DNA of 64,000 nucleotides from Eledone cirrhosa (taxonomy: Eukaryota): positions 202,740,001 through 202,804,000 of the forward strand of contig OZ024741.1 in assembly GCA_964016885.1 (NCBI GenBank), in the 5' to 3' direction. Positions 25,512-40,899 of the stretch are shown here, in pieces. The notes beneath the pieces are model-generated. The model was given only the letters and a program-made list of their open reading frames with translations, did not search any database and had not been told where the DNA came from. Every line of letters starts with the position of its first letter. The stretch's first letter is position 1. The translations under genes were made by a program, and so were the position numbers.

Positions 25512-26729
25512 GAGAAATACAGTGTTTTAAAAGACAGTGATTTGAAGGCGTCTCTGTTCACTTATAAATGTGTCGAGGAGTACTTCACTCGATTTATTCA
25601 ACCATTATTTTAGTTATCTGTATTGTAGCGACTATATTTTCAAAATTCAATTCAATTTATGTTCTATCGTCCTGGCCGCAATAGAACAATACACATAAGA
25701 CATGTGGGGAATTTGGTGTCATAACAACAGCATGGAATCCGAGTGGGAAATGATATATCTGCGTTAATGCAATAGATATAATACTAATTTGAAATGTAGT
25801 TGCTCTCACGCAGATGACTATAATAATAGTCGATCGCTATAAATAATTATAATAGTGTTTTTGTCAGTACACGCAATGTCATGTTTTACTAAACATATTC
25901 CCACACTGTCAAAAACCTCTCTGGAGCTCAAAAGAATATTTACTGTGGGAGATTTGGCAATGAGTTTAACTAGTAATCGCTTAGTTTGAACAGGTTTGTC
26001 TACAGCTCATATTTATGACTTCATAGCAGCTCGAGCTTACCAACCGAAGAGAATTTAGAAAAAATCACCAAAACAGTGAACAAATTTGGAGACCTTAAAC
26101 CTTTTATAACCATATTTCAAGTGAAATGCACTGAATATTAATTAATTAATGAAGAACCTTGAGGGATTTACAAAAAATATTTATTATTTCATTATGAAGA
26201 TTGTATTTCGAACCTGACTTAACAAAAGATTTTTATATAGAATTATGCTGAAAGATGTTAATTTAAATAGGAATCTTTAAACATTATTGGATATATTTGG
26301 GCGGGTTGGTATCAAATAGGTTAAATACAACAACTTTGCACATTACGTATTTACTCTCTGGAACACCGTTGGGAGCAATATAACATAATATAGAGATAGA
26401 TGATTCAGTAAAATCGAGAGGAATGGGAGGTACTGCCAGAACACAACGTTCCCTTTCTCAAAGTCTCGCACCAGGCTTATATACTACAATGATTTCACAC
26501 TTGAAGGTTCTCACTTACAAAACAGTCTCACCAAAAGGTTTATGAAACGTGACCAAAGTTTCCCCAGAGATGTTTAAAACACTTCTAAATACACTTCTCT
26601 CTAAGATGAAGACACATGGTTAGGAATTTGAGCTAATTGTTGTTGGTTCGATTTCTGAACTAGGCGGTGCGTTGTGTTCTTGGACAAGACACTTTACTTG
26701 ATGTTTCTTTTCATGATAGTTTTGGGTTC

Positions 26730-26980
26730 TCTATCATTAAAACACCCGAGAAACCTCTTAAGAGATACAACCTTGTAGGAGGCCAGCTAAACCCTCGGAG
26801 GTGTCAGCTGTAACAGTAACCCGATATGACTGAGGCCCCTATCATTAAAACACCCAAGATACTCCCATGAGATACAACTTCGTAGGAGGTGAGCTTTAAT
26901 AACAACACCAACATAATAGGAGCTATAATTATAACAACCGAGAAACACCTATAAGATATAAACCTGCATAGGTGTGAGCT
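26730..26980. repeat. Degenerate tandem repeat (~3 copies)
   Basis: CTATCATTAAAACACCC.AGA....GAGATACAAC..GTAGGAGG repeated. Confidence 0.6.
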
Positions 26981-28354
26981 GAAACTTTTATTAATTTCAT
27001 GTCAACATGCTATATCAGTTATTCACAAAAGTCTATAACTAAAAGAAAGTGGGCTCTGCCAATTCGTTGAGCCAACAACCAGAGACTGTATTTGGTGATT
27101 CATCAGAGAACAATATCCCCATTTTCTGCCACAGAAAATTCATAGCCTATAGCTATTTATGTCAAACGTAAATAGCCAGTCTAATTTACATAATCATGTA
27201 CTCGATCCGAGAATCGAAGTCACAATCTTACGACCACAAACTCCACATACTAACTACTATGTACCTTTACAGCAGAATATATATATATAAATGATGAATT
27301 TGGTAACACCCACCTGTCAAGTGAAGAGCAGAAGTAACACTGCAAGAGTTGTTTCTTTTTACCCGTATTTCCTGTCGTCTGCTGAACATCTGCTCAACCG
27401 AAAGATCGTTGGTCATATTTCTCGAATTCAAGCGAATTACATATTATATATATTTAAAGTACTTCCGGCTTTCCCAGATGATAAACTCAACGTTATGTTT
27501 CAAACATTCAATGAATTGGATTGAGAATCTCTTGGTATTGCTGGGATGCTATTAAACAATTGAATTGCTCATCTAAGCTTTCTATACGGCAATTGTGTTA
27601 TCTTTAATTTGAGTTTTAAAAAATGGCGGTGGAGCAGTAGAAATAATGGTTTCTTATATAGGCTCAAGGCCAGTAATTTGGGGGGAGGGGAAAGTCGATT
27701 AAATCGACCTCAGTGCGTGACTGGTACTTTATTTTATCGATCCCATAAGGATGAAAGGCAAAGTTAACCTCGGCGGGATTTGAGCTCAGATCATAAAGAG
27801 TCGTAACTCTATGCTGCAAAGCATGGCATCCGACCCTCTACCGATACTGCCAATCCACCGCCATTGGAGCAGTAGAAATAATAGAACGTACGAGTAGATC
27901 TAAATATTTTCCTCTTTTTAGTTTCACTTTGACTTCAAACCCTGACGATGTTTACTTTGTTGTAATAGACGCATGTTACAAATGTCATTGTTAACTCTGA
28001 GCATCCTGTAATGATTTAGTAGAAAATATTTTAAAAATTGGCTTGTTAATTCAAATGCTTATTGTATCTTTACTGGTGAACATATCACTGTAAAATTTGT
28101 AGTATTAGAGTAAATACATTAATATTTAACGTGATGCAGTTAATGTGCTATTTAGTACTTTTCAAGAATGTCTTACTAATGCAGTTTAATGTGGTTTGTT
28201 ATTTCAAATGTTTACAAGTTTACAAGTGGACACCTCGTAAAAATTTGCAGTAAAATAAAAACAATAACATAGATTTATGTTCACACAACTAATATTTTAA
28301 TGCAGACACATATATGTATACACTGTTAAATACATAAATACATACATACGTACG

Positions 28355-28389
<35 letters not shown>

Positions 28390-28463
28390 GTGTGTGTATA
28401 GGTATTGTAACGTCCAGTTACTGTAGGTTTCTCAGAGTGAGCACTCGATGGGTAGCTTCCAGT

Positions 28464-28500
<37 letters not shown>

Positions 28501-28571
28501 CATATACACATACATAAATACATACCTACAAACATAAATCCATACATACATACATACATACATACATACAT

Positions 28572-28851
28572 AATGGTGGCTGCCAACTCGTTTTCAAGTA
28601 CGGCCACTACTTTATATCCATGTAGAAGAACCCCTACCGCTGAACAAGTGTGACTTTTTAGTCCAGCCAGTGACTTGAAAACTCTGGTACAAACACTACA
28701 CTTGTGACAATTATTGACACATAGTGCTGGGCCCATGGTACCATGTGATGACAAGTGCAGAGAGATCTCCAGATATAAAGCAATGCATGTGCCGTGAAGC
28801 TTTTATAGTGAGCAAAGGCACTGCACAAAGCCAGTCCCACTCTCTTAACCA
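28572..28851 (-). mobile_element. Non-autonomous RTE-tail element with (TATG)n tail; second copy ~44905-45300 (+)
   Basis: Both copies encode the same C2H2-like remnant CSxCTRVFKSLAGLKSH and end GCAGCCACCAT(GTAT)n. Confidence 0.75.
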
Positions 28852-28889
28852 ATACATACATAATACATACATATAAACATACATACATA

Positions 28890-29752
28890 CATGACGATTG
28901 CAGCGTCTTCACAGATGATTGCCGTCTCGTATTGATTCTTCATTATCATCCCACCTGCGTCCATGACTTCGTAGATGACTTTGTAGGTCAACTGTAGATT
29001 TGTATGGTTTACGACACAGGAGACAGAAGAGAGTTGAGTTTTCTACAGGACCGGTGATGTCACCCTGTGAGACAATCTTTATGTACCACCATGTCTTTTT
29101 TTTAGTCCGGAACTAGTTCTACACACTTTGTTCCATATCACGCACGTAGTTTCGCCAGGTCTTTGTTGAGTGATGTTGCAGGTTGTTATCCTTTCATGTG
29201 ACTTCAGGTGATTAACATAACCAGCCTTTGAGAGGGGTACACACTGACAGAAATTACATGTCTGACTACTGATGACTTCATCAAAACTGTGAGCACAGCC
29301 CTTCCGGAGCTGACGCTTCAGTTGTTTATGTTCTAGGCGACATTCTTCAAACGTTTTGCAACTGCCCTTTATACGTTTTCTCTACTCATCCCTATTTAGA
29401 GCTATCTCCTCCCAGTTGTCTATACCAAATGCCAGCTCTTGAGATTGTTCTTGATGTCCATTTTCGGTTTGTGTTGAGACCTTTTTCCAAGAGGGAACTC
29501 ACCGTAAAACAGTTGCTTCGGGATCCTGCTTTCTTTCATGCGGACGATATGTCCTGTCCAGCGCATTTGAGAAGATGTTACTTGGGACTCAATGCATGGA
29601 CATTCTGCTTTGATAAGGACATGGATGCCAGGAGTTCTGTCTTGCCACTTGATGTGCCTTAAACATTTCTGCTGAAAACGCCCAAGCGATATGGTATGTT
29701 TGCAGAATAGTGTCCAGGTTTCGGCGGAGTGTAAAATAGCTGACAGAACACA
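28890..29752 (-). mobile_element. RTE-clade LINE 3' fragment with (TATG)n tail
   Basis: SAETWTL...RFQQKCLR..KWQDR...QMRWTGHIVRMKESRIPKQLFYGE, downstream C2H2-like remnant. Confidence 0.85.
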
Positions 29753-29769
29753 TAATACATACATACATA

Positions 29770-30541
29770 CATGACGATGGCTTCCCCCTCGTTATCGACT
29801 ATGGCCATTGTACGATAAACCATTATTAATAATTATTAATTAATTCTATCGTGCAATGCCTGTGCGTGAAGATTTTTTTTAAGTGAGGAAAGGAATGACT
29901 GTGCACTGAGCCAATCCCACTCTCTGAGCGACAGTAGCTATAACCCGAAAAGAAGAAAATATCAACATCATCGGTAACTACTGAGCCGCAGGCTTTATGT
30001 CAGAGTTATTCCGGTTTCCTGAGTTGCCTTCTTCTATACATACATACATGATGGCTGCAAACTCTGCTAAGAGTACTGCAATTACTTGTCAGGTTATAGA
30101 GTTTGACACACTTTTAGGCTACGGCCAGTCACACAAACCTGTAACAGACCCTGAACAAGTGGGGAAAGGCCTTGCACTCGACCAATCCCACTCTCTGAGC
30201 ATCGAAAACACTACCCGAAAGGGAGAACTAGTCAACATCATCGGATGCTTCCGAAGCCGCAGGTTTTTTTTTCAGAGTTTCCCTCTCTTAGAAAGGTGTT
30301 GTGACAACAGAGGGCCTTCCACTCGCAGGTTAAAAAAAAAACTACTATTTGGATGGCTGTTGACTCTGCTAAGTTCCCCCGCCCTTTGCCGGGTCTTGTA
30401 TTTCATCCCGCAGGGTGTCCAAATATCACCCTCCTCACCAAGTAAGGTTGGTGGAGTTGCCGGTTTAGTCACCGACGACCCGACCATGAGACAGGTTGTA
30501 CTGGTTTACATGTTACCAGTGGCACTCGAGAGCGACCTGAC
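29770..30541 (-). mobile_element. Two adjacent SINE-like elements with (TATG)n tails; related copies 63435-63700(-) and 63920-64000(+)
   Basis: Shared CCAATCCCACTCTCTGAGC...ACCCGAAA...TCAACATCATCGG core and 3' ends ...AGCCATC.(A)TGTATG. Confidence 0.7.
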
Positions 30542-30991
30542 ATACATACATACATCATATTTTCTTATTCTGATGCCTGAAACGAAAGAAGAGAATGTTT
30601 TCCAGAGTCTTACTAGAGTGCGCAAATTTACATCAGGAAATATAAAGATAGGGTAATATATCGTTGCTGTATATCGTTGCTGTATAAAAAACGAAAAATC
30701 AGTGATGCTTCTGGACTCAGTTTATTGCGTGTTACAATTGTTTCGCCGGCAGGTAGCTCGAGACTTGATCACTGTATGGATCTGGCTGATTATACGGCTG
30801 CAGGTTCCTTCGGACACAGGCAATTCTTTCGGAGCAAATTTTCTCACCTTAGCGGATCCGAGCTGAGCATCCGCTAAGGTGAAACAATTGTTCTCGGTAT
30901 GGTGAACTAACTGTTGTGTAACCACTTCTACCTAACTCGTCCCATGGACTGAGTGCTCTACCACTACGGATATTACCTTCCAGTGTTCTAC

Positions 30992-32066
<1,075 letters not shown>

Positions 32067-33678
32067 AGCAGGGAATGAAATAGCAGTATAATCTATGTAA
32101 CATAATATGGATGATTTAATTGATATAGGCAGGTATTCGGCGTTATATTCACTTCAAGAGGATCTGTAAATCTTTCCATATTTTCCTACAGAGATTGTCA
32201 GCAGGTGTTCAATGTTAACTTGTTTCATTCAAAGATAATTTCATTTGTTTTGTCCTTATTTAATTTCTGCAGATGCTGTTATAAATATTTGACCGTCAAA
32301 TGAAGAGAATCTTTATCAATTTCTAGATACAATTATATGTAAAATTACCGTTTAAAATGAAAACTGAGACGTTGTATTTTCAATTGGCTGTAACGCAATA
32401 ACTTGCTACAATCCCAAAAGGCAAACATTTTTCGTGTTAACATTAAAAAATATTTCCATTTTCTAATTTTTATAAACCTTATGATTTCCAGTTGACTGGG
32501 AACACACCATAATGGCATTAATCTAATGTATTTTACTGAAATTAATCTCGCTCCAAGTTTTCTGACAAGATAGCAATACATGTTTCCATGTCATTAAATG
32601 GTTGCTTTCATCATTTCTTTGAGACGGAATCACGAAGATATCCATTTTCTACTTACATTCTATGAAAATATCCACTTTGTACTTAGGCTGAAAATAGATA
32701 TGTTCCCCTTAAACGTCATGCAACACAGGAATATGAAATATAAAACAAATTCTGAAGGCAATTTCTTTTTACACTTGCTATATCTCAACACTCCTTACAT
32801 TCTATACATGAAATCGTGCTCTGATATATACATAACCGTAACCTGTATAGATAGATATTCTTTAATTCCATACGTAGAGTCATACACAAACATAATGATA
32901 TAAAGGTTTGTACATTACAACTACAAAGTGTATGTATGTTCTGAGTTCTATGCATGAAATCATACACTGACAAGTTATTCATACATTCACAGATGCATAT
33001 TCTTGAACACATCCTCAGTGTCGTATTCTGGAGTCATTGACTATTTCGGGTCTTACACAAAACATCCTCGTCCAGATGACTCAATAGTGGTAGATGAAAC
33101 CTCCGCCTGTGTCCATGTAGCATACTACTGACCCCACCGGTCACCTTAGTATTACTTCCACGTTGTTTTTAGTGGTTCTCTTCCTGCCCACTTCTATAAT
33201 GCCCAGGGTTCCGTGGGCTTTACTAAAGGAATGACCAACGAACCTTCAAGTGTAAATATCCACTGGCATGCACCTGATCTTCCACCAAGCTCTGCTACTT
33301 TCCTCTCTTTCATTCCTGTCCACCTCCATCCAAACATAAGCTATAGTCTATAACCCGGTACTACTCTACACCGTCTGGTACTATTTTACACTGCCCGATA
33401 CTACTCCAAAACAGCTGCTATTTTCAACTCAGTGCTCTATACTTTATAGCACTAAGTTGTCTAATGGCCGTAATATCTTAGTAACGTTGTATCCATAAAT
33501 AGAGAGACCATTGTGTCCCCGGGAAACAATTTATTTCTCATGACATCTAAAGGCTAATTTTTTTATAGAAAGTTTTCCTCGACTGATAACTTGCCATTTA
33601 AATCCTTTAATAGAATCAGTAAATTCCATTCGTGGCAAAGTTGAATGGAATAGAAACCCAGTGTCACAATCAAACCTA

Positions 33679-33945
33679 TGAAGTACATTTGTAGTGCATG
33701 CTGTATTGGTTCTTAATTGAGGTATATGCTACGTTGACCCTTAATTGAAGTACATACTATATTGGCCCTTGTTTGAAATACATAGTTTGCTGGCCCTTGT
33801 TTGAAGTACATATTATGCTGGCTCTTGTCTGAAGTACATGCTATGCTGACCCTTGTTTGAAATACATACTATGTTGGCTCTTAAATGAAGTACTTATATT
33901 TATATACGAAGTACTTTGGGAGTACATTCTATATTGGCTCTTATT
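33679..33945. repeat. 28-bp minisatellite (~9 copies)
   Basis: Unit TGAAGTACATACTATATTGGCCCTTGTT. Confidence 0.85.
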
Positions 33946-34224
33946 CACGTTGGCATCACAAAGAAATTCTTCTATCATAACACTACCGAGCTAAGAATAA
34001 TCGAAGAGTTCTTTTAATATTTTTTCAATATAATATTAATTTCATTTACAATATCATGATAGCAAAGAGAGAAAAATAGAAAAAGGAAAAAAAGATGGAG
34101 AAATAGAGTGGGGCAAGCGCTATACCCTGCCTGGCCTGGATGGTATATCTCAGCATTACCTCACGGACAAAATGGCCAAAACAAGTGTGATGCCCTCCTG
34201 ATTTAGCGGAGGAAAACAGCAGTC

Positions 34225-34525
34225 CGGGGACCGAGGACACCTGAGGAGGTTTTGGTGGTGACCAGGACAAAAAAGAAACAGTCAGTCAATGCCTGGTATT
34301 TAATCATCTTCCATTCCTTTGTGAAAGTTCGGAGACCGTCGAGGTAACCGGAGATCTTGATGGTGACCGGCACAATAAAGAAAGAATCAGTCAATGTTTA
34401 GTATTTAGTGATCTTCCATTCTTCCGTGGCAGTCTGGAGACCGAGGACAGCGGAGGTTTTAATGTAATGGCGACCAGCACAATAAAGAAACGATCAATAA
34501 ATGCCTAGTATTTAGCCATCTTCTA
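34225..34525. repeat. ~105-bp tandem repeat (3 diverged copies)
   Basis: GGAGACCGAGG...GGTGACC.GCACAATAAAGAAA...CAATG..T.GTATTTA...ATCTTCCATTC. Confidence 0.75.
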
Positions 34526-35204
34526 CTGGGTTGTAGGCGGCAGTAGCAGGGTTTGTGGTCGAATTTACAAATTCATCCTCTTAAACTCTGTGACTGCATC
34601 AACAGAATTTATCTGTCAGAGATTTCAGCTGAAGAGTTTTTATTATTTTCTCTTGACAGTTTAACAGTTTAGTTCACCTGCTTCAGTCATTAGCACTGCT
34701 GCTACTGCTACTACAGCCTCTGATAACAGAAGCACGACAACGGGCTACACGTATCGTAATATTTATATATTTATATATGATACATAAGCAAACTACGCCA
34801 GAAGCTACTAAACGTAGGAAGGCAGTAGCTCCCAGCTTTTATCTTATCTTATCAACGGGGATATGTTTGTACATATAACGCAGTTTAACTTCTAAACAGT
34901 TTCTGATAAAATACACGTTGTTCAGAAGAACACCCAGGCATAGTATTTTCTAGATTGGATAACATTAATAACATAATATTCTTCGCTTACTGTAATCTCG
35001 CTCTATCAATGTTTGCTATTCACTTAAATTACTCCATTAGTAAAGTTAAGATATACTTAAATGGTGGGTAATTTAATAGTTTGCTTTTACTTTGACTTTA
35101 CGAAAACAAACCGACATCTATCCGATGTTATTCAACGATTTCAACTGAATTTATTTAGCATCATCCTCTGCTTGATATTAACTTTATATTTATGTATGTG
35201 TCGT

Positions 35205-35297
<93 letters not shown>

Positions 35298-35591
35298 ATA
35301 CACATATAATATATATATAAATATTCTTTTGTTCTTTTACTTGTTTCAGTCCTTGGAATGTGGCCATGCTGGGGCACCGTTTTGATTGAAGTCTATCATA
35401 TCAACCGCAGAACTTATTTTTGTCTTTATATTATAGATCACATTTTTGTTGAACTGCTTGGTTACCGAACATAAACATAGACACAGGCACCAAAATAAAC
35501 GTAAATATAAACGCAGACACTCGCGTTCGCGCACACAGACACACACACACATCCATACACACATCCATACACACACATAATTATATATATA

Positions 35592-36361
35592 TACTAGCAG
35601 AGATACCCGGCGTTGCTCGGATATTAAATAGCAGTTGTGTATACCATTTATGTCAATACTTCAGTGCTGCTTCGAAAACTATACTTTTACAAAATCATCG
35701 GCTTTTTCCAAAAGGGGGTTCCTGCCCCCAGCGGTCCCCTACCCAATATGTCCCAATTCTGTAATCAATATCTGGAAAAATGACAGTGCCCATGACCATC
35801 CGGAGTACATAAGTAACCTATGTCTTAAGTTTGGTGAAAATACTGTAGAAATGCATAAGGTTTATACATACGCGCGTGCGGGCGTGTGTGTGCGTGTGTG
35901 TGTGTGTGTTTGAGTGTGTGTGTGTGTGTGTGGGTGTGTATGTATTTGTGTGTGCGTATGTATGTGTATGTCCGTCGGGGCATACGTATGTACTGGCCTA
36001 AATCTTCACTATTTACTTTTACTATTTTAATAATCTCTGTCATTTTCGTTTTCAATTTTATTTACATCATTCTTAAACTCCGGGGCTGGAAATCATTCTG
36101 TTATTTTAAATAGAATATTAGTCTAACAACTCCATTTATACCATAAACTTGGTCTTGTCTTTGCATGAAATTGTTCTTCACGCTACACATAACGACGTAT
36201 TATCCTCGCTTTTTTCCCGTTCATTGCCAGGGAACGTCTTCACAAACCAAAATATCGTCTTCCAGTTTTCGTTCGGTTGCAACGCTTCTAGAAATAATTA
36301 CTTCTGCGTTCACAGATTGAATTTTTTAGTTTCAGAAGATCCCGTTAATGTTGAAAGCAGC
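35592..36361 (-). mobile_element. Non-autonomous Helitron-like repeat, copy 2
   Basis: Minus-strand end CCGAGCAACGCCGGGTATCTCTGCTAG; lacks ~165 bp present in copy 1; similar ends at 24247 and 49725. Confidence 0.6.
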
Positions 36362-36924
36362 TTTTCAACTCCACCGTGATGCACGGTGCGTCATGGTGTA
36401 TCTAACCATTTTTTTTATGTCTTACTACGGGTGATTTCTTCCAAAGAAAAAGAAAGAGATGGAAAAAGGCAGAGAAGATTCATCCCCGGAGGAAAAATGT
36501 TTACACTGCACATTTCATTTTTTCAAAGCTAAAGCTGCCGATCCAAAATCCGTAATTCAACTCCCTGAAAACTTTCACCGAGCATTATAATAAATGTTCG
36601 GTGAATCCATACGTACATATATATATGTGTGCATGTGTGTATATATATATATACATACTACTGTACGTCTGTATACATATGTGTATGTACGTATACATAC
36701 TTATATTTAAGTAACAGCCGTACTAAGAGTGAGAAATGAAATTTCGTTTCATTTTTTCCGTTTATATATATATAATTGTGTCAGTATTTGTATATAAACA
36801 GAGCCTCATGAAATATTTTCATTGCTTTATTGTTGACTTCTCACTATTTTCTGCCCGACATTACGTATATATGAGCGTATGTATGCATGTGTGCAAGTTT
36901 ATATATAGATGCATACTCCCCCCC

Positions 36925-36955
<31 letters not shown>

Positions 36956-37336
36956 CTAATAATACTATTTGTAGTTATGTATATAGTATAAACAACCACA
37001 AACAGGAAGGTCAGTAATTTCTTAATAACCTTATTACCAGTAAGGGAAATAGCTCAATGTATGAACATAAGTTGTTTTACAGAGCAGTAAAAACAATAAA
37101 TTATACAATTATCAAAGTTGTGTTCAAATCATTTAATAGCTGGCAATCGTTTCTTCCAAACTCTCGTTTGGAATCATCGGAGCATTATCAATGTTTGCAC
37201 ATATAATTAACCTCCTATTCAACTGAACAATAATATAGATATATATAAATTGATATTGTGAGCAACAGTTTCGTATTTACAGGGTGGAATGCATGCGACA
37301 TATATTTTACGAGAATTGTACAATAAATGTACACGC

Positions 37337-37407
<71 letters not shown>

Positions 37408-37483
37408 TTATGGTAGCTAAGATGCGTCCATAGGCGGTATGCCGGTTGAGCACTCTATGCTCCTACCGTGCAGAGTATGATAG

Positions 37484-37757
37484 AATGGAAAACGAAAAAT
37501 CAGTGATGCATCAGAAGTCAATTTATAGCGTATTACAATTGTTTCCCCGACGAACAGCTCGAGGAGCGATCTGTGTGTGTGGATCGACCTGACTCTGGAT
37601 TCGCAGGTTCCTCAGACACGTCTATTGATTTCGGAGCAGATCCTCTTTCAGAGTCAGATCGATCCACACACAGATCGCTCCTCAAGCTGTTCGCCGGGGA
37701 AACAATTGTAATACGCAATAAATTGAGTTCCGATGCATCACTGATTTTTCGTTTTCC

Positions 37758-37760
<3 letters not shown>
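37484..37760. repeat. Long imperfect inverted repeat (~110-bp arms) with hammerhead 3' half; diverged relative at ~30688-30892
   Basis: Arms AATGGAAAACG...GACTCTG / CAGAGTC...CGTTTTCCATT; GAAA CAATTG TA ATACGC. Confidence 0.85.
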
Positions 37761-37803
<43 letters not shown>

Positions 37804-37865
37804 CATATATACTATGTATACAAAGAGTTGAAATAAAAAAGACACACCAATACTATGTATACAAA

Positions 37866-37943
<78 letters not shown>

Positions 37944-38275
37944 CAAGGTCTAGCAAATAGAGAAAATGATATGTGTGTGTGTGTGTGTGTGTGATATGTT
38001 GGTAGGTAGGTTTGTGTACATAGTATTGGTGTGTGTCTTTTTTATTTCAACTCTACACCTGTCACTGACAACAAGATCACGTAAATTCCAACGAACCAGG
38101 CAGAAAAATAAGAGAACAAAAACATTTTACAGAAAAAAACAAAAACAACTCGAATGTTTTGGAAACATCAAACACATCAGAAATAATATACATACATATA
38201 TATTCATACATACGTACATAAATTCATACATACATATATATATATATATACATGCATATATATATACATACATAA

Positions 38276-38312
<37 letters not shown>

Positions 38313-38322
38313 TGTGTGTATG

Positions 38323-38355
<33 letters not shown>

Positions 38356-38376
38356 TTGTGTGTGTGTGTATGTATG

Positions 38377-38408
<32 letters not shown>

Positions 38409-38489
38409 CGCGCGTGCATATATGTATATTTGTATATAATATACATATGCATTCAAATATATATATATATATACAGATACATACATACG

Positions 38490-38584
<95 letters not shown>

Positions 38585-38615
38585 TATATAAATATATATA
38601 CATACATATATATAC

Positions 38616-38745
<130 letters not shown>

Positions 38746-38812
38746 TTGTATATATATATATATATATATATATATACTTATATATACATATATATACATA
38801 CATAGATACATA

Positions 38813-38897
<85 letters not shown>

Positions 38898-39108
38898 ATA
38901 TATATATATGTATATGTATGTATATCTAGATATATAGAAGAGGAAACACATACCACGGTTAAGTGGTATGTGTCGTATGCTATATTTTTTGTATTACAAC
39001 AGTTGCAGTAATTGCTGATTTAGCACATCATTGGGACACAGCATGTGCATCTATCACCCCCCTCCCCCCTCATTCTCTCTTTCCATACACACATATACAT
39101 CCATATCC

Positions 39109-39200
<92 letters not shown>

Positions 39201-39343
39201 CACATATATATGTATGTATATATATATATATATATATATATTATACACATATATATGTATGTATATATATATATAGGAACGAGTAGGACCCCGACGGCTG
39301 AGCTCAAGCCGTTTCGACGGCTAATTCTGGACTAATAGTCGTT

Positions 39344-39496
<153 letters not shown>

Positions 39497-39789
39497 GTGT
39501 ATGTGTGTGGGTGGGTGGGTGTTTGGGTGGGTGTATGTGTGTGTAGGGAGATATGTATGTATGTATATATATATATATAGAGAGAGAGAGAGCGAGAGAG
39601 AAGAGAGCGAGTGAAAGAAAGAAAGAAAGAGAGAAAGAGAGAAAGAGAGAAAGAGAGAGAGTGAGAGAGAGAGAGAGAGAAACATAATATGATATTTGTA
39701 ATTGAAATGCCGAATGGGGATAGTAAAATTTATCTAAGGTTTATATTTTCAAGTGGTGTCGTGTTTCAGCGGGTTTAATTGCGTTTTCT

Positions 39790-40380
39790 TATCACCGATA
39801 TAATATGATATAGTATCACCTGTATAACCCTTTCTAACAGATATTATTTAATACCATCACTGATATCATATAATATAGCATCACCTGTATAGTACTACTA
39901 CAGATATCATATAATATGGTATCAATTGTGTAGTCAATGCTGCTATAGATATATGATATATCACTTATATAGTTTTATCGCAGACAATCATATAATATAA
40001 TATTTCACATATATTATATGATATCTTATAATATAAGATATCATATAATATGGTTTCACTTGTATATTCTGCCGCGGATATACAATGCTATAATAATCCA
40101 GTATCATCTGTAGAGTACTATGAGAGACATTCTATAATGGTTTCTGATTTAGGCACAAGGCCAACAATTTCGTTGGAAGGGGAATGTCGATTAAATCGAC
40201 CCCAGTGCGTTACTGGTACTTTATTCTATGAACCACCTAAGGATGAACGGCAAAGCCAACTTCGGCGGGATTTAAACTCAAAAGGTAAAGGGCCGTAACT
40301 CTACGCTATAAAGCACAATATAGTGTCAACTGTGAAGTCCTACAACAGATATCATATATAATAGTTTCAACTATATAGTC
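39790..40380. repeat. Degenerate ~40-bp minisatellite interrupted by a SINE
   Basis: GATATCATATAATATAGCATCACCTGTATAG-like units. Confidence 0.6.
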
Positions 40381-40899
40381 ATTTCTAACAAAATCTGAGA
40401 ATCCGTGATTCAATCTGGTGCAAAGTATATTAAAGTAAATAAAAAAATAACCATCACAGTAGAATTCACGGCAAGGGAAATGAAAATAACAGGATTTAAA
40501 TTAATGTCTAGTGAAGCATGAAACTAAAGTTATGTCTCCATATAAGATTTAATTTGTTCAATTACAGATAAGACGCGACACGAAGCCGGATACTTTGAGA
40601 AAGGAGACTGGATATTAATACTCAAATTTACAATTTTGCATATACACACAAAATAATATGATGTATGTATGTATGAATGTATGTATGTGCGTGTAAATGT
40701 ATATATGGGTGAATATGTATGTGTTTATATCTGTCTGTATGTATGTATGTATGTATGTATGTATGTATGTATGTATGTATGTATGTACGTATGTATGTAT
40801 GATTTATGTATGTATGTATGTATGTATGTATGTATGTATGTATGATTTATGTATGCATGTAGTATGTATGTATGTATGTGTTTGTGAAAAAACTCAACT

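Noticed and set aside
30340-30541. HDV-like or twister ribozyme at the 5' end of the RTE-associated element
   Set aside because: Local hairpins exist, but I could not fit either consensus topology by eye
29997-30656. 219-aa plus-strand ORF
   Set aside because: Runs antisense across SINE-like repeats and CATA tracts; no recognisable domain
33679-33945. CRISPR-like array
   Set aside because: Contiguous degenerate 28-bp units without unique spacers, eukaryotic context, no cas genes
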